From Girardia tigrina (Eukaryota), in NCBI GenBank assembly GCA_001938485.1, contig MQRK01225945.1, positions 16,024-80,023 of the forward strand: 64,000 nt of DNA. Direction: 5' to 3'. This document shows positions 13,860 to 26,978 of this stretch, in pieces. The notes beneath the pieces were generated by a model. That model searched no databases, was not told where the DNA came from, and was given only the letters and a program-made list of their open reading frames with translations. A program made the translations under genes and the position numbers. Numbering within the stretch: the first letter of the stretch is position 1; each line of letters starts with the position of its first letter.

Positions 13860-14600
13860 CGAAATATTAGTCAGCCATCTGGGTATAACACATGGAATTG
13901 TATATCAACACAAAATTGATTGAACACATTCTGGTATATATGATGCTTGAAGTAAATCTTCCTCTTTAGGTGTTCCAATACATATTGTACTACTTTATAA
14001 TTTGTGGTCGAGCATTGTTGTTTATAAAAATCCTTTTTATGTTGTTTTCCTCTACAAGTATATGTATTTTATTCAAGGAGTGATAATAGATAACTCCTTT
14101 CTGATTCAACATAATTCAACAAATAATCATTAATGTGTTGTTTTGATGTTGATGTGAATGGTTCGTCTGGATCAACTCAGGAATTTTGCATAAAGAATTA
14201 TCGTAAAAAATTCATTTTTATAACCAGTTACAATTTGGTGCAAAATGGCCATCTTAGGTTTCTTGTGAGAAAAGAATTGCAAATTTTTAACCAATTTTAA
14301 ATTTTGGCTTCAGTTAGTTCATGTTGTACCATTTTCCTTTTTCCGAATCATCTTATTGACTTATTTCTGCTAGATTCAATTATTTTGAGAGTTTTTGTAT
14401 TAAGTTTTCCTTCAATAAGGCTTTCAATTTTCCATTTTTGAATCTTGTTGGTTGACCAGAACCTTATTTTACCAAATCTCACGAAAAATTTCAGCAGATT
14501 TTAACACTTTAAAGCAGGATAGGTGTCATTGTAAAAAAAATTTATTGTGCAATTTACCCATCTCTTGGAAAATCCAAAAGAATAAGCTACTATTACATCT
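13860..14600 (-). pseudogene. Decayed mariner (mauritiana/Mos1-like) transposase
   Basis: Minus strand RSGQPTRF, VQHELTEAK, LHQIVTGYKK*IFYDN, VDPDEPFTSTSK, NQKGVIYY and NNNARP. Confidence 0.75.
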
Positions 14601-16145
14601 AATACTACAAATACTTAAGATTTTGTAAAGGAAAATTATTTATTACACTTTATAAATATGTTTAAATATTTTCGGTTTCATTTTCGTTGATACAAATATA
14701 AAGAATTACAATTTATTTGTAGCACTTTTTATATCGTAATGAAAAAAGGATCTATTGTACTTCGTATGTGCGTACATTTAGGTGGGAATGTGTGCGTTGA
14801 TGGACTCTGTTATGGGACACTACACTTTAATAAAAGCCAACGAACTTTATATTTTTGGATAATTCTCCTTAATGTTGATATACAGGACTAAATATATTTT
14901 GAAAAATATTTTATTTTGCTCGAACTTGGACCAAAATGAGGTTTGTGGGGTAAAAATCTGAGAGTAAAATGGCTATCATGAACACTACATTTGTCCAATT
15001 GTTATGTGGTTTTCTTTATTTAAAACCAGGTCTAAAGTAAGACTTGTATAAAATATCAACATTTCAGAAAACAAGTGATGCACCACCGAAAAAAAACACT
15101 GAGTTTTTCTTCGACCAATCAAATTGCAGTATTTTTAAACTGATCTAAGAAATAGAAAATGTGCAGTATGTCACTCACTCCCGTTAGTACTGATCTATAT
15201 TTTAAGGTATTTCTATTAGTTTATTGTTAATTCCTTGAATGATAGTTATTACCCTATTTATAAAAATTAATAATATATTATAGCCAGCAAAACTGAGTCA
15301 AAATGAAATGTAAATTAAGGAAAAGATAATGATGATAAATAAAATTTATTTATTTTTTTATATCAATCTATTTCTTCTTTATCAAAATAAATATAAAGTA
15401 TTTTATTTTCTAATATCTAATAACTAAATAAATTGTTTATTACTTTTATATTTCAATGAAACTATTAGAAAAAAATAATTTATGAAGAAATTTTTTTGCA
15501 AAAGGAATTAAGAAAATAAAATGACATAAATGATAGTTTAAATGAGTCTTTGTCAAACATTTTTTCCGGAGTTTGAAACAATCTATTTCCTTTGGCAATA
15601 AATATTTAAAATTATTATCATTATTAATATTTAATTGTGTCGGCTTATTTTATTTGTAAAAATAGATTGTATTAAAATTTTAAATAGGAAATATATTTTA
15701 AAATATTATAATCAACTAAACGATGTGTAATAATTGAAAGAAAGGAATTGCATTTCATTATTAATAGTGAAATTATTATTATTTGTAGTAGTATTATTAA
15801 TAACACCAATTTGACTTTTCATATTTTTATTTACACAACAAGGTTGATTATCCTAAAGACAATCTTTGTCGAAGCTTTCGTTCGATTGCATTCTAACTAA
15901 TTGATTAATGACTTCAATCTTATTATTTTTAGCAAACGGAGAAATAAATAATTTATTAAAATATTTACTCAAAACTTATTGGATAAAAATTAAAATAATT
16001 ATTAATTATTTAAAAAATATTAATTAGATTTATTTATCAAAAATTGTAAAAATTAATAAACTTATTTAAAATTTTACAATTATTTTAAATTAGAAATAAA
16101 TTTAAACATTACATATTTTTATACAATAAGAATTAAAATATTATT

Positions 16146-16230
16146 CATCTATTTGCGTAGGAGAGACACAATCCCACATCAACATACACATTCAAACACA
16201 AAATATCAAACATTCAAAATATTCCTCACA
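16146..16230 (-). repeat. Two-box dispersed repeat, copy 2 of 7
   Basis: GTAGGAGAGACACAATCCC...AATATTCCTCACA. The adjacent 16080-16145 also matches the downstream flank of the 46840 copy. Confidence 0.75.
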
Positions 16231-18229
16231 AGTATTATTACTGTAAACGCACAAGTCAACAAAAAGTTAATACAAGTCACCAACCACCACTTTCATATAT
16301 CATATTATTTATATTAAATTGAATATATGTACATATTTATTTATGTATGCTTATTTTTTTATTCCATCTTTTATCCTCAAACAACACCAGAGATGGTAAA
16401 AAAGAACACAAATAAAATTGACAATCAATGATGATAAATAATTAAATTACATCTAATTTTAATAAAATTTACGTTAATGGATATGGACCATGATGAACAA
16501 GCGCGTGAAGGAGAAGTGATTAGAAACACATTCATAAAACAACCTAGAATAAAAGTTCTGCCAAACTGAAGAAATGGAAAATTTGAAATAATAGAGCAGA
16601 GAAAATAATTAATTGAAAAAAACCAAAATGAAAGAAAGCAAAGCAAAAGAAAACAAAATTATATTTAAGTTCCCTCCGCAATAAATAATTATTATAATTA
16701 TAATAATTATAAGAATAGATTAAAAATAATTAATAATAGAAATTATTAATTAAGAAGATTAATTATTTACCGCTCGGAAACTAAATCAAGAATTAAAAGA
16801 AACTTATCGTTATCGGGTCGGACTAAAAATCAATTGAAATTACTTTATGAAGAATATAGTTTATTCAATACAAATATTACCTAAGAAAATCTATCAACTT
16901 TCTTTCTTCCAGAAGCGAATTTTCTACAATAAAAGATCCAAATACTACACTCAACAAATCAAACTTGTCTATAGTTTCAAAAAAAATAACTTCTAACAAA
17001 ATTCCAGAATTACATCCTGAAAGCTTTTTTAATTCATATCTACAGCAAGACTGTTCTTTTTTACCAGTTAATCATTCGTTGTATTGTTTGATATATCCCA
17101 TTATACTCCCGTTTCTGTTTATTAACGATACACTGATAGTTTCCTTTAACCTTCTTTTATCATCCTTCCGCTTATTGTTAGATAATAAAAATTATAAAGT
17201 CAGATTATTTTTATTCATTTGACAATAAAAATCGCTATTACCTATTAATGTATTTAGCAAAAGTTACACGTAAAATAATCGGAAAAATAAATTTTTTTAA
17301 TATTTCTTTTTCATTTGTTTGGTCTTCCCTTCCTATAGAAATTATTTGGTTTGATAGATTTGCTAGTGGGAATACTTTTGGCGCATGTAGTGCCCTACTT
17401 ACTGACACTGCGTGATTGTTTTGTTTGCATGTTTTTTGACCTTTGTGTTGCTTTCGTTTTTGTACAAGACCTTGATCTTCTTTAAGCGGTGGTTGTATAT
17501 AGGCATTCTTGAAAGTGAGGTGTGTTGTGTTCGCGACCATGTTTGTTTNNNNNNNNNNNNNNNNNNNNNNNNNNNNNNNNNNCCATAATCAAACAAAATC
17601 AACCAATTACAATTTTATGATTCTATTATATAAGGCAAATGATTAAAGCAAAGTTATTATTGACATTATGAAAATACTAATTATATTATTTGTTCATTTT
17701 TATCGAAGTAATCACGACAAGGGATTGGAATTGTTGGTAAAATAAAAGACAATTTGATCCCACCATGTACTTTATTTATATATTAAATAAAGATCAAAAA
17801 AGATCAATAATTAAATTGATTAAAAATTTGGATATAATTACTTACCGTATACTAATTTTGGATATTTATCACGACAATGTCATTTTTTTATGGGGAAGAC
17901 AATAATTTACTTTGTCGAACAATCAATTATTTTTATAATATTAATCAAATCTGGAAAACTTTATTCAGGCCAGAAGATATTTATAAAGCTTTTCTTGTTT
18001 TTCTAAATTTTGTCAAATACTGTTTATATCCTTGTGGATATTTATATATCAGAACATGGTCAAGTTTTTATTTTAATTTGTAAGGAATCTAGAAATTATG
18101 ATGGAAACAGAAGTAAATTAGAGGATCCTATTATTGATATCAATCCGAATTCAAAAATTAATTGAAATTTTAGGTTAAGTGATTGATAATTGACAACTTA
18201 CTCTAAATTCTATAACAAAACATAAAAAC

Positions 18230-18770
18230 CGCATGAAAAAGGATTTCCAAACAAAAAGCTTCCGGATAGGATAAAGCAGCTCATCAATTTATGTCCAACA
18301 CAAAAAACACTCATCAAAATAAAGTAGGATGTAGCTAGACTAAAAAGCCAGAAGAAATAGCACCACATTTTGAAGATATGTCATTATATATGTCATTATA
18401 TCATCAGATGAGAGAGAGTTCAATGTCGACTCTATCCTTAACAGATTGAATTGCAGACAAACCCATATGGAAGATCCAAAGGATGTCTTGACAATGTCAG
18501 ACATTCATTCCAGTCAAAGAACCCTGTCTTAATCATGATGTTTGGAGCGGTGTCCTCTGATTGAAAAAAGATACATGGCTTCCTTCAAAAAAAATGAAAA
18601 TGTAACAAAGAAAGTTTATTTGAAGATTCAAATGAGTCGTTTAAAGCTCTAATCGACTTCAACTACACAAAGAAAAACAATATCGTGTTTCATCAGAAAG
18701 AGGTTTTAGCTCACACTCCGAACTTTGTTCAGAATATGTCTGAGAAAAATTTTCAAAATTTTTTGGGAAG
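18230..18770 (+). pseudogene. Decayed maT/DD37D-like transposase
   Basis: SSDEREFNVDSILNRLNCR, QSKNPVLIMMFGAVSSD*KK and IVFHQKEVLAHTPNFVQ...NFW match maT-type motifs (SDEK.F.VD, KHPASVMV.G.V.SDG, FQQDGAPAHT). Confidence 0.7.
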
Positions 18771-20221
18771 AATAGCTTGGGTAGACAAGCCCTTCAGATT
18801 TGAAAGGAGAATTCGTTACTTAATTAAAAGGAAAATTAATTTTAACTCCCGACAGACTGGCATTAAGTAACGTCCATCTCTTTTGACAACTTAAGATACA
18901 TTTGCGAGTAGAACTCTTACATACTTAAGATAAACGGAGGAAAAACGGGCCTAATTTTTTGCATAAAACAAACTTGATTTCAAATGTTTAGAGAATTGTG
19001 GTTCATTATTTAAAAATATTATGTTTTTTTTAAATTGTCGGTCTACTCCAGTTACTTGTTGAAATCGCATCATTTTTTTAAATATTTTTTAAACCCTTCT
19101 CTACCCTACTCGTTCATATCCGCAAAAACAACTTGTACCTCAAACGGCACATGTTTTTTCGCATCAAGTTTTAAAACAGTTTTCTGGTGAACTTGAAATT
19201 TTCTATTATACATGAACAAAACACTCATTACAGACGTTTATAACACTACAAAACTGCCACGGATACAAATTCTAAATATAAGTTCTCAAAAAGTATTTCG
19301 TAGTAATATTTTATATTTGTTAATGAAAAAAAGATAATTTTCATATTTAAACTGTCTTTCTAAAATATTTTTAATAAAATTTATAAATATTTTCACTGTA
19401 TTTTTCTGTTTATTTTAAATATAAATCTTTTTTCTTTTATCTTTTTCGAACGGCGTCATCATAATGCAATACGAAACATAATAAACATGTTTTAGGAAAA
19501 TTAAAATTTCTTCAAATTACTTTTTTCTTTGGAAATTTTTTACAAACTTCTCGTTGGAGAAAATAAATGAACTGAAAAGTTCATTATAAATTTAGAAATC
19601 GTTTTTTTCTTCTTAAAAATTATTTGTTTCAGTAGTAAAATATTCGAAATATAAAATTTGTCCATTTTAATAATTTGCAATTTTTAAAACAAAATCATAA
19701 CGTTATACAAAAGAAATACATAAAAAATATTATGGAAGAAGATAAAACTCTTACAAATAATCGTAAAACGTTTTTTTTGCAAAAATATTTTTGATTCGCT
19801 AGTTTGATAAAATTTTCACATAATCATTTATTGTCATCGAAAATGAGTAAGTGTGCAAAGATTGGAGAAAATTGAGACAAAATTTAAAGTTTAAATATGT
19901 AAAGATATCTTTGGATATACATTGAATGCTCAAAGCTATGGTCGCTGTATAGAGCATCTTTGATTTGTGTTGGATATTGTTGCTATTAACCGGCTACTGG
20001 TGCATCTGCCGTGACTGTGTCGGTAAGATTTGTTGGCACCGCATTTGACATCAGTGGGTTATATTGACCGGTATTGTATTTACACCATGTCGAGTTAGAA
20101 TATTTGATATTTGACACCATGCACATTTTGGTTAAATATCTTATAGTTGTACCTAAAAGTATCATTATCGGCGGGCCAAGATCTTAAACAGCCGACAACA
20201 ATTGCTCCTAATATTACAGTT

Positions 20222-22013
20222 GGTAACGAGACAATTCGACACAATTTTTTTAATTCGACACATTTATCAATTCGACATATTTTTCATTCGACACAGTAAA
20301 AGTTAATTTTTAACATTTTATTCATTGCAAATTAGCTATCCAACGCAAGTATTTCAGTTTCAAAAAATATGTATTTGATATGATAAATATGTAGTTAATA
20401 TAAAAATATCAATTTCATATGAAAACTATCAATTTTTATAGTATTAAAAATAAAATATTTGTTTAATTATTTATATTATGTAGAGTTTTTCAAATTGTTA
20501 AATACGATAGATCTGTTCACTATGGAATTCACTACTACTCAGAGAGGTCATTTGGTTCTAATTTATCTAGGGTTTAAGTACTCTAAATTTCACACTAATA
20601 ATTGAGTCATAATTTGGAGATGCAGGCAGAATCAAAGTACAAGATGTCATGCTTTCCTTAAGACAGCTGACAACCATAATACCATTGTGCGCCTTCCATG
20701 TAATCATTCACATGATTCCTGCCCTCAGAAGATTGTGGCAAACATTGCTCAAAATAAAAACAAGGTTGCCATGAAGGAAGTAGGTGCCACTACCCGAAAT
20801 GTGATTGACCATGCATTTTGAAGCTTGAGCTTGGACATTCTTGGTTATATGCCTAATAAATCATCAATTGTTAGAACCTTGCATAGACAGAAACAGACTG
20901 ATCATATTCCAAATTCAACTGCACCTGACTTTGGAATTCCAGACAAATATCATATACTAGTTTTGAATGATTCCGGGACTAATGATCCTAACAGAGTTTT
21001 GGCATTTGGTGATAGACACCTGTTACTTAAACTTTGCAATTTATGGTGATGGAACATTTGACAAGTCACCTGACATATTTTATCAGCTTTATACTTGGCA
21101 TTCTCAAATAGGCACATCATATCCACCTTACATTTACTTTCTTTTTCAAATAAAAGGCTACAGAAACTTATCACACGTTGTTTCAAATTCTTAAATAACT
21201 ACTGCCGCAGTTGTCACCATATGTTGATTTTGAAAAGGCATGCATGAATGCATCAAAAGTCACATTTCCCGATGTAGATGTTAGAGGTTGCTACTTTCAC
21301 CTCTGTCAAATTCTTATCAGAAAAATCAACACTGTTGGATTAAAGAATGAATATGAAAGCAACATTGACATCAAACTTAGGCTAAAATCACTTTATGCCT
21401 TGGCTTTTGTGTCTGATACTGATGTCAGGAATGTTTTTGATAATCTTGCAGCAACATTCCCTGATGAGGATGGGTAAAATGAAATTCTCACATATTTCTT
21501 ATCAACTTATATTGAGGGTGCTCTTGGTAGAGCTCCTCAGTTTTCAATAAGATTCTGGAACCATTTCGATTCTGCTGGTGAGCAAACACCAAAAACTACA
21601 AATTGTTGCGAAGGTTTCCACAATGCTCTTAATGCCATATTTCAATGCAGTCACCCCAGAATTTTGAACTTGCTTGATGGACTTGGAAGAGATATAGCTT
21701 GTCACAGACTGACTTTGGCAAATGCTCTCTAAGGTAGTTCAGAGGTTGTAAAGAAAAAATATGTATCATTGAGTAAGGCTATTGCAATGGCTGTGCAAGA
21801 TTACAATTTGAATACATCGAATGTTGATAAACTGAAGTACTTGCGTCGGCTAGGTAATTTGCTATCAATAAAATGTTAAAAATTTACTTTTACTGAGTCG
21901 AATGAAAAATGTATCGAATGAAAAATATGTCGAATTAACAAATTTGTCGAATTAAAAAAATTGTGTCGAATTATCTTGTGTCGAATTGTCTTGTGTCGAA
22001 TTTTCATGGAACC
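20222..22013 (+). mobile_element. Mutator-like (MULE) element with disrupted FLYWCH-MULE transposase
   Basis: GGT...ACC termini with TIRs built of repeated TTCGACAC motifs and a 9-bp TSD ATTACAGTT/ATTACAGTC. The transposase starts at ATG 20522: WRC..C..HSH zinc finger, DGTFDKSPDIFYQLYTWH, DFEKAC, GCYFHLCQ, KTTNCCEGFHN. It carries stops and frameshifts. Confidence 0.95.
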
Positions 22014-22635
22014 ATTACAGTCCATCCTTTATGAGCCGCCTTTGCTTTAGTTTGCAGATTTTTATATTTCTTTTTTTTGTTATTGTCTAATGACGACAAT
22101 ATGTTTGCTGTATTTGAATATCTTTTTTTCCATTTTTTTACAAGTCTTTGTTTATTGCGTGTGTGTTGTGACTGTCATTTATTTTTTATGTGTGAATGGG
22201 TATACATGGTTATTTATATTGTCGAATAAGTTGTTTAATTTTTAATTTAAAATTTTGTGGCGTGATTAATTTAGTTATTTAATTATTTTTATTTATTTAA
22301 TCTGTTATAATTTTTATATCTATATTATGATTTTTTATATACTAGAATTGTTAATTAACAATTCAAATACACCATAACAATATGGGGTATTTGAATATTA
22401 AATTAAGAATTCAATAAAAATAAAAAATCAATTTGATAATTAGTTAATTATTACCTTATTATTATTTTTTTCCTGTTGCGAAAATTATTCCATTATTTCA
22501 TGCCTACTGCATTATAATTAATATTAGTTCCGAAAGAATACGAATTGTTGAATATTGTTGACAATCCAACGAGTAGAACATTTATTTGTTTAATGTCTTT
22601 CAGGTATTTGTTTGATGACTGATTTATGATGATTG

Positions 22636-23041
22636 ATTTATTTGATAAATGACGATTTCTATCACTTATTTACTAAATATATTTTTATAAATCAATTTTG
22701 GTTAAATTTGCAAAATTTCTTTATCATCTGATTCACTGTTTGTCGGTCCAGCTCAAATTTTAATATGATCATATATATGCTGATAAAATGCGCAATAGTT
22801 GTAGAACAGTGAGTGAATCCGCGTAAAGTTGAGATAAATCTGCATAATCCGCATCGAGACAGTTCTGTTTGTACAGTACCTTTGCCGAAAGGCTCCGGGA
22901 GCCGATTTTACCGACTGAATGTTACATCAACACAAATTCGAAGCAATAAATTATAAATTATAATAACTACGATTTTAAAAAATTAAACTTTCACAGTCGA
23001 AATTTCAGCTCCACCGTCATGTATGACGTATCTTTTTCTGG
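22636..23041 (+). mobile_element. Non-autonomous Helitron-like element, copy B
   Basis: Homolog of 10456-10878. The 3' end has hairpin CGTCAT-GT-ATGACG, then TATCTTTTTCTGG|T (CTRR). Confidence 0.65.
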
Positions 23042-24048
23042 TTATTATTATTACTATTAATATTAATTCTATTATTATTATATTATTATTAATATTATTA
23101 TAATCAAATAATCTCTTATTGAAAAGTTTTTTTTTAATTTTTTTATAATTTTTGATAAATTTGATGATTATACTTATCTAACAATTATTATCCAGGAAGA
23201 AACCTTCAAAACTGGTTTCCTTGCTTCTGTGTTTATCATTTTCAATATCGCAATAGCGACCATGTTTATTTTTCAATATATCCTTTATCAATAAAAACAA
23301 GCGCTATGAAAAATTTTTTTGCAAAAATTTATATATTACTATTAACATTTGCGGAGCAAATAAATTTTCTAATAATAACCTGAAAATAAATTATTAAAAA
23401 ATTGAAATACTTTATTTTCACTAAATTCAAACATAATTTTTTTTGCAGTGAGTAATTTAATACTTCAATTAATTTAATTTATTTTAGTTATTATTTCTAT
23501 AATTTATAATAAAAAATATAATATAAAAATATATTTTTACAAATTAATATTTTATATTAATTGCAATTATTTATAATTTTCTAACTTAATTTAAAAAAAA
23601 ACAACAAATAATCTGTCGGTGAAAGATTCAAATTCTTCTTGATCCCTTTCATTAATGATCAGAATAAATCTTTGGTCGGAAATTCCCTTATATTTACGAA
23701 ACTTATTCATATTTGGTAGAAAAAATAATGGAATTTCAAAAAAAATTTAATAGTTTAATTACTTTTTAATACTTCCACAAAAATTTCAATTTATTGAAAC
23801 AAAAAATAAACATTTGTTATGAACAAGATTTTAAAATTATGTAAAAATAATTTAAATGGTTACTTAAAATCCAAAAATTCATTTAAATCTCTTTAAACAT
23901 GTTGGATTTTTTATAATTATAATTTAATAAAGTTTTAAAATTTTTCATTACTAATTTTAATACTCTGTTTAAAATTAGTAAATCAATATTTTCTTATATG
24001 TGGTATCGTTCAAAGGTCCATAGACTGGTAGATTAATTAAAATAGTAT

Positions 24049-24570
24049 TTATCTATAAAATGTTTCTGCGAAAGAATTATGGTGATAAGGTTCAGCTACC
24101 ACGTTGCGGTACATAGGCGTTGGAGGAATATCCCGGTCGTAGTGCAAATTCGTAGAAAGTAACTTATTGTCATGGTACGTCATGTGGATGTTAAAACCAT
24201 CAATAGAATGGTTAGCAGAGTTAGTGTACATCGTCCATATTTTATTCAATTATATTTTCGTAATTTATATGCAAAAAATCGTAAAAAAATACTGAAAGTG
24301 CAACTACGGTTTTCACTTGTGTCATTTTGGTAGCGTTTATAATTTCATTTGGAATGAGATCCCCGTTTTGTTAAGAAATTCAAAATATCCCGGTAAATGA
24401 TCATGGGGAACATCGTTGTTTTTCAATTTGTCCACAAAATATTCACTTTCTTCCAATAAACTGTTAGTAACCAACATCAACGCGTTCTCGACGCAACATT
24501 GTTTCAAAAAGTTATACATGACTTTTTCAATTCTAATTTCTTTTCTAGTGGTTAATAAACAAATAATACC
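24049..24570 (-). pseudogene. Intronless orphan ORF fragments (unknown, possibly viral)
   Basis: Two adjacent protein-like minus ORFs. The first can be extended across a one-base frameshift (...GYFEFLNK/NGDLIPNEIINATKMTQVKTVVALSVFFYDFLHINYENIIE*). GC and CpG are higher than in the flanks. Confidence 0.35.
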
Positions 24571-24719
24571 TTACAAATCGGTTATAATCGATAATTACCA
24601 TTTAATTTACATCATCAAAATGCATTTTAGATGATTCTTAGGAATGTTAATATTTTAATTCATACAATATTTATTGATTACAATTCAAAACGAAATCAAT
24701 TTTTAGGATTCCTGTAGCC

Positions 24720-25125
24720 TTCACACTGATATTGCTGACAAAGTTACAAGAAGAAGTCCGTAAGAAAAGGCGAAAGTGCTAAGACCAGACGCTGTTCTTT
24801 CTCCACGACAACGTAGCTATACCAAAATCTATGTTAGTTCAGACTGCTGTGTAACGAAGTGACTTATAGGAGTTGTTTGGTCACAGCTTGAATCTTTTCC
24901 AAGTTATTTCTTTCTATTCTGCTATCTGAAATGGAAATGGTTTGTTAATAAGAGGAAGTGATGATTTTGTGGAAAGCTCACTGACTTGTATAAAAGTGCC
25001 TTTTTCGACCTAGACAGATGTAATCAGTGCTTTGAAAATGATTGGGGCTATTTGAAAAAAGTAACATGTTTCCATGACCTGTATGACATGCCTAATATAA
25101 CATGCATTTTCGATTTCATTGCTCG
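24720..25125 (+). pseudogene. Decayed mariner (irritans-like) 3' remnant
   Basis: LLTKLQEEVRKKRRKC*DQTLFFLHDNVA, plus a degenerate SYFFLF and C-terminal region. Confidence 0.6.
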
Positions 25126-25136
25126 ATTTTTTAAAT

Positions 25137-26217
25137 GGATATTCTACGACATTTAACCATATTTTTTTCAATAAGTTCAATAAAAATAAGTTTCAAAAGT
25201 TTAACAATCTTGAGCTGTTTGAGATAAATTAATCGACTTAAATATGGATCCCACTGGTCGTATTCCCAAGGTCGTACCAAAATATGTTTTCAGCTTTACA
25301 GTATCCATGTGTAGGTTGTTCACTTTTTGTCAGTGAACATATGAAAGACTGTTTCGAATAATCAAGGATAAATGTAAATCGAATAAGATATTGTTGAATT
25401 TTGAGATTGCTACAATCAATGCATTCAAGTATGTCTTTTTAGAAACTGAAGTAAAAGAATGTTTCTATTCTTTGTCACAAGTTCTTTTTCGAAAGGAGAA
25501 TGAATAAGAAATTAAAAGGAATGTGAGTAAAATGATCAAAAGTTTGGTATACTTGTTAAAATGCTTACAACATTGTCTTTTTAAACTGCCACTGAAGTTG
25601 TTGATAGAGTTTTGGAAATCATTGATATATTTCCGAATGTCGAAAAGCCGACAAAGTTGATGAACTACTGCTGTACTTTGAGAACACATATATCCATTGT
25701 AGCCTAATGAAAAATGGAATTAGAATACCTCAATATTTTCAATCAATCCATGGAATTATTTTACCAGCGCTTGTGACGGTATAGCCAGAACGACAAATGA
25801 AGTGAAAGGTTGGCATTATACCCTTCAGTCACTCTTTCCATGCAGTCATCAAATTATTTGGAAGATTTGTCAATGGCTGAAAAAAGAGGTTACCTTGCAG
25901 CATATTTGGTACTTACAATTTTCTGCTGGACAAGTAAATCCGTCTCGCTTTCAATTCTGAGTGCTGTGTGAGCGTCTTGCTGTAACGGAAAGGACTTGTA
26001 ATAGCGTAACTAGAATGAGCTTCCTGCGAGCAGTAGTAATTATTTGCTGTTCAGAATAAAAATTATAAAATAAAATATGATTAGCTTTTCCCAATTAATT
26101 TCTTAATTAATTTTTTTTAATTAATAATGTTAATTTTAATAATTTTTATTAAAGTTATTGAAAAAAATATAATTAACTGTCGTATGGTTAATTGTCTATG
26201 GCTAAATGTAGTACCCC
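25137..26217 (+). mobile_element. Internally deleted MULE element
   Basis: TIR TACGACATTTAACCATATTTTTTTCAATAAG vs its inverse at about 26140-26215. Transposase remnants FQLYSIH, LNFEIATINAFKYVF..KECFYSLSQ and RTTNEVKGWH. No TSD recognised. Confidence 0.85.
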
Positions 26218-26978
26218 ATTACTGAACATATTTTGAATTTTATGAAATCGTGATATCTCTCTCCCAATAACTGTCAAAATTCTTACACAGAATTTTGAAA
26301 TTATCAATATTAACATCTGCTATCTGAAATGGAAATGGTTTGTTAATAAGAGGAAGTGATGATTTTGTGGAAAGCTCACTGACTAGTATAAAAGTGCCTT
26401 TTTCGACCTAGACAGATGTAATCAGTGCTTTGAAAATGATTAGTACCCCACTTTTCAGTTCACTTTTTTACACTTATAATTAAATATTTTCGTCATTATT
26501 TTGATTTGGAAAGATAGTAAATCCAAAATTTTCGCTAAAATTTAAATTAATTAATTGGATAATATTTATTTAGATTGGTAGTATCAATTTTGTAAAATAC
26601 ATTTGGTAAATTTATAACTTAATTTTATTACAAAAATTTCGGCTTTATTCTTGACAATAATTATTTTGAAAAACAAATTATCCTTAATATAATAAATTGA
26701 GATTTAAATGAGGCAAATAACATCAATTATTAAAATGATATTAATTTGTCAAAAATCGCTGTTTAGAAAGTCAACTTCCAGTGCCAAAAACGATCTTTAT
26801 TTCAGATTTATGTTGAATAAAACGAATAATGGTAAAAGAGATTTTTTTATTAATTGCAAAATATAATTTGTAGCTTTATTTATTTAATTGAAAAAATATT
26901 TTAAATTAACAACACAAAATGATTGAATAATTACCAAATAAATATAAAAAAATTACCAAATTTAAATAATACCTTACG

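Noticed and set aside
17238-17548. Minus ORF and a possible LTR/PBS junction (ACA-TGGTCGCGAAC)
   Set aside because: It abuts an N gap. I cannot match a tRNA 3' end or find a partner LTR.
20230-20295. Spaced TTCGACA repeats resembling a CRISPR array (also 21895-22003)
   Set aside because: They are the sub-terminal motifs of the MULE TIRs. The context is eukaryotic and the spacers are too short.
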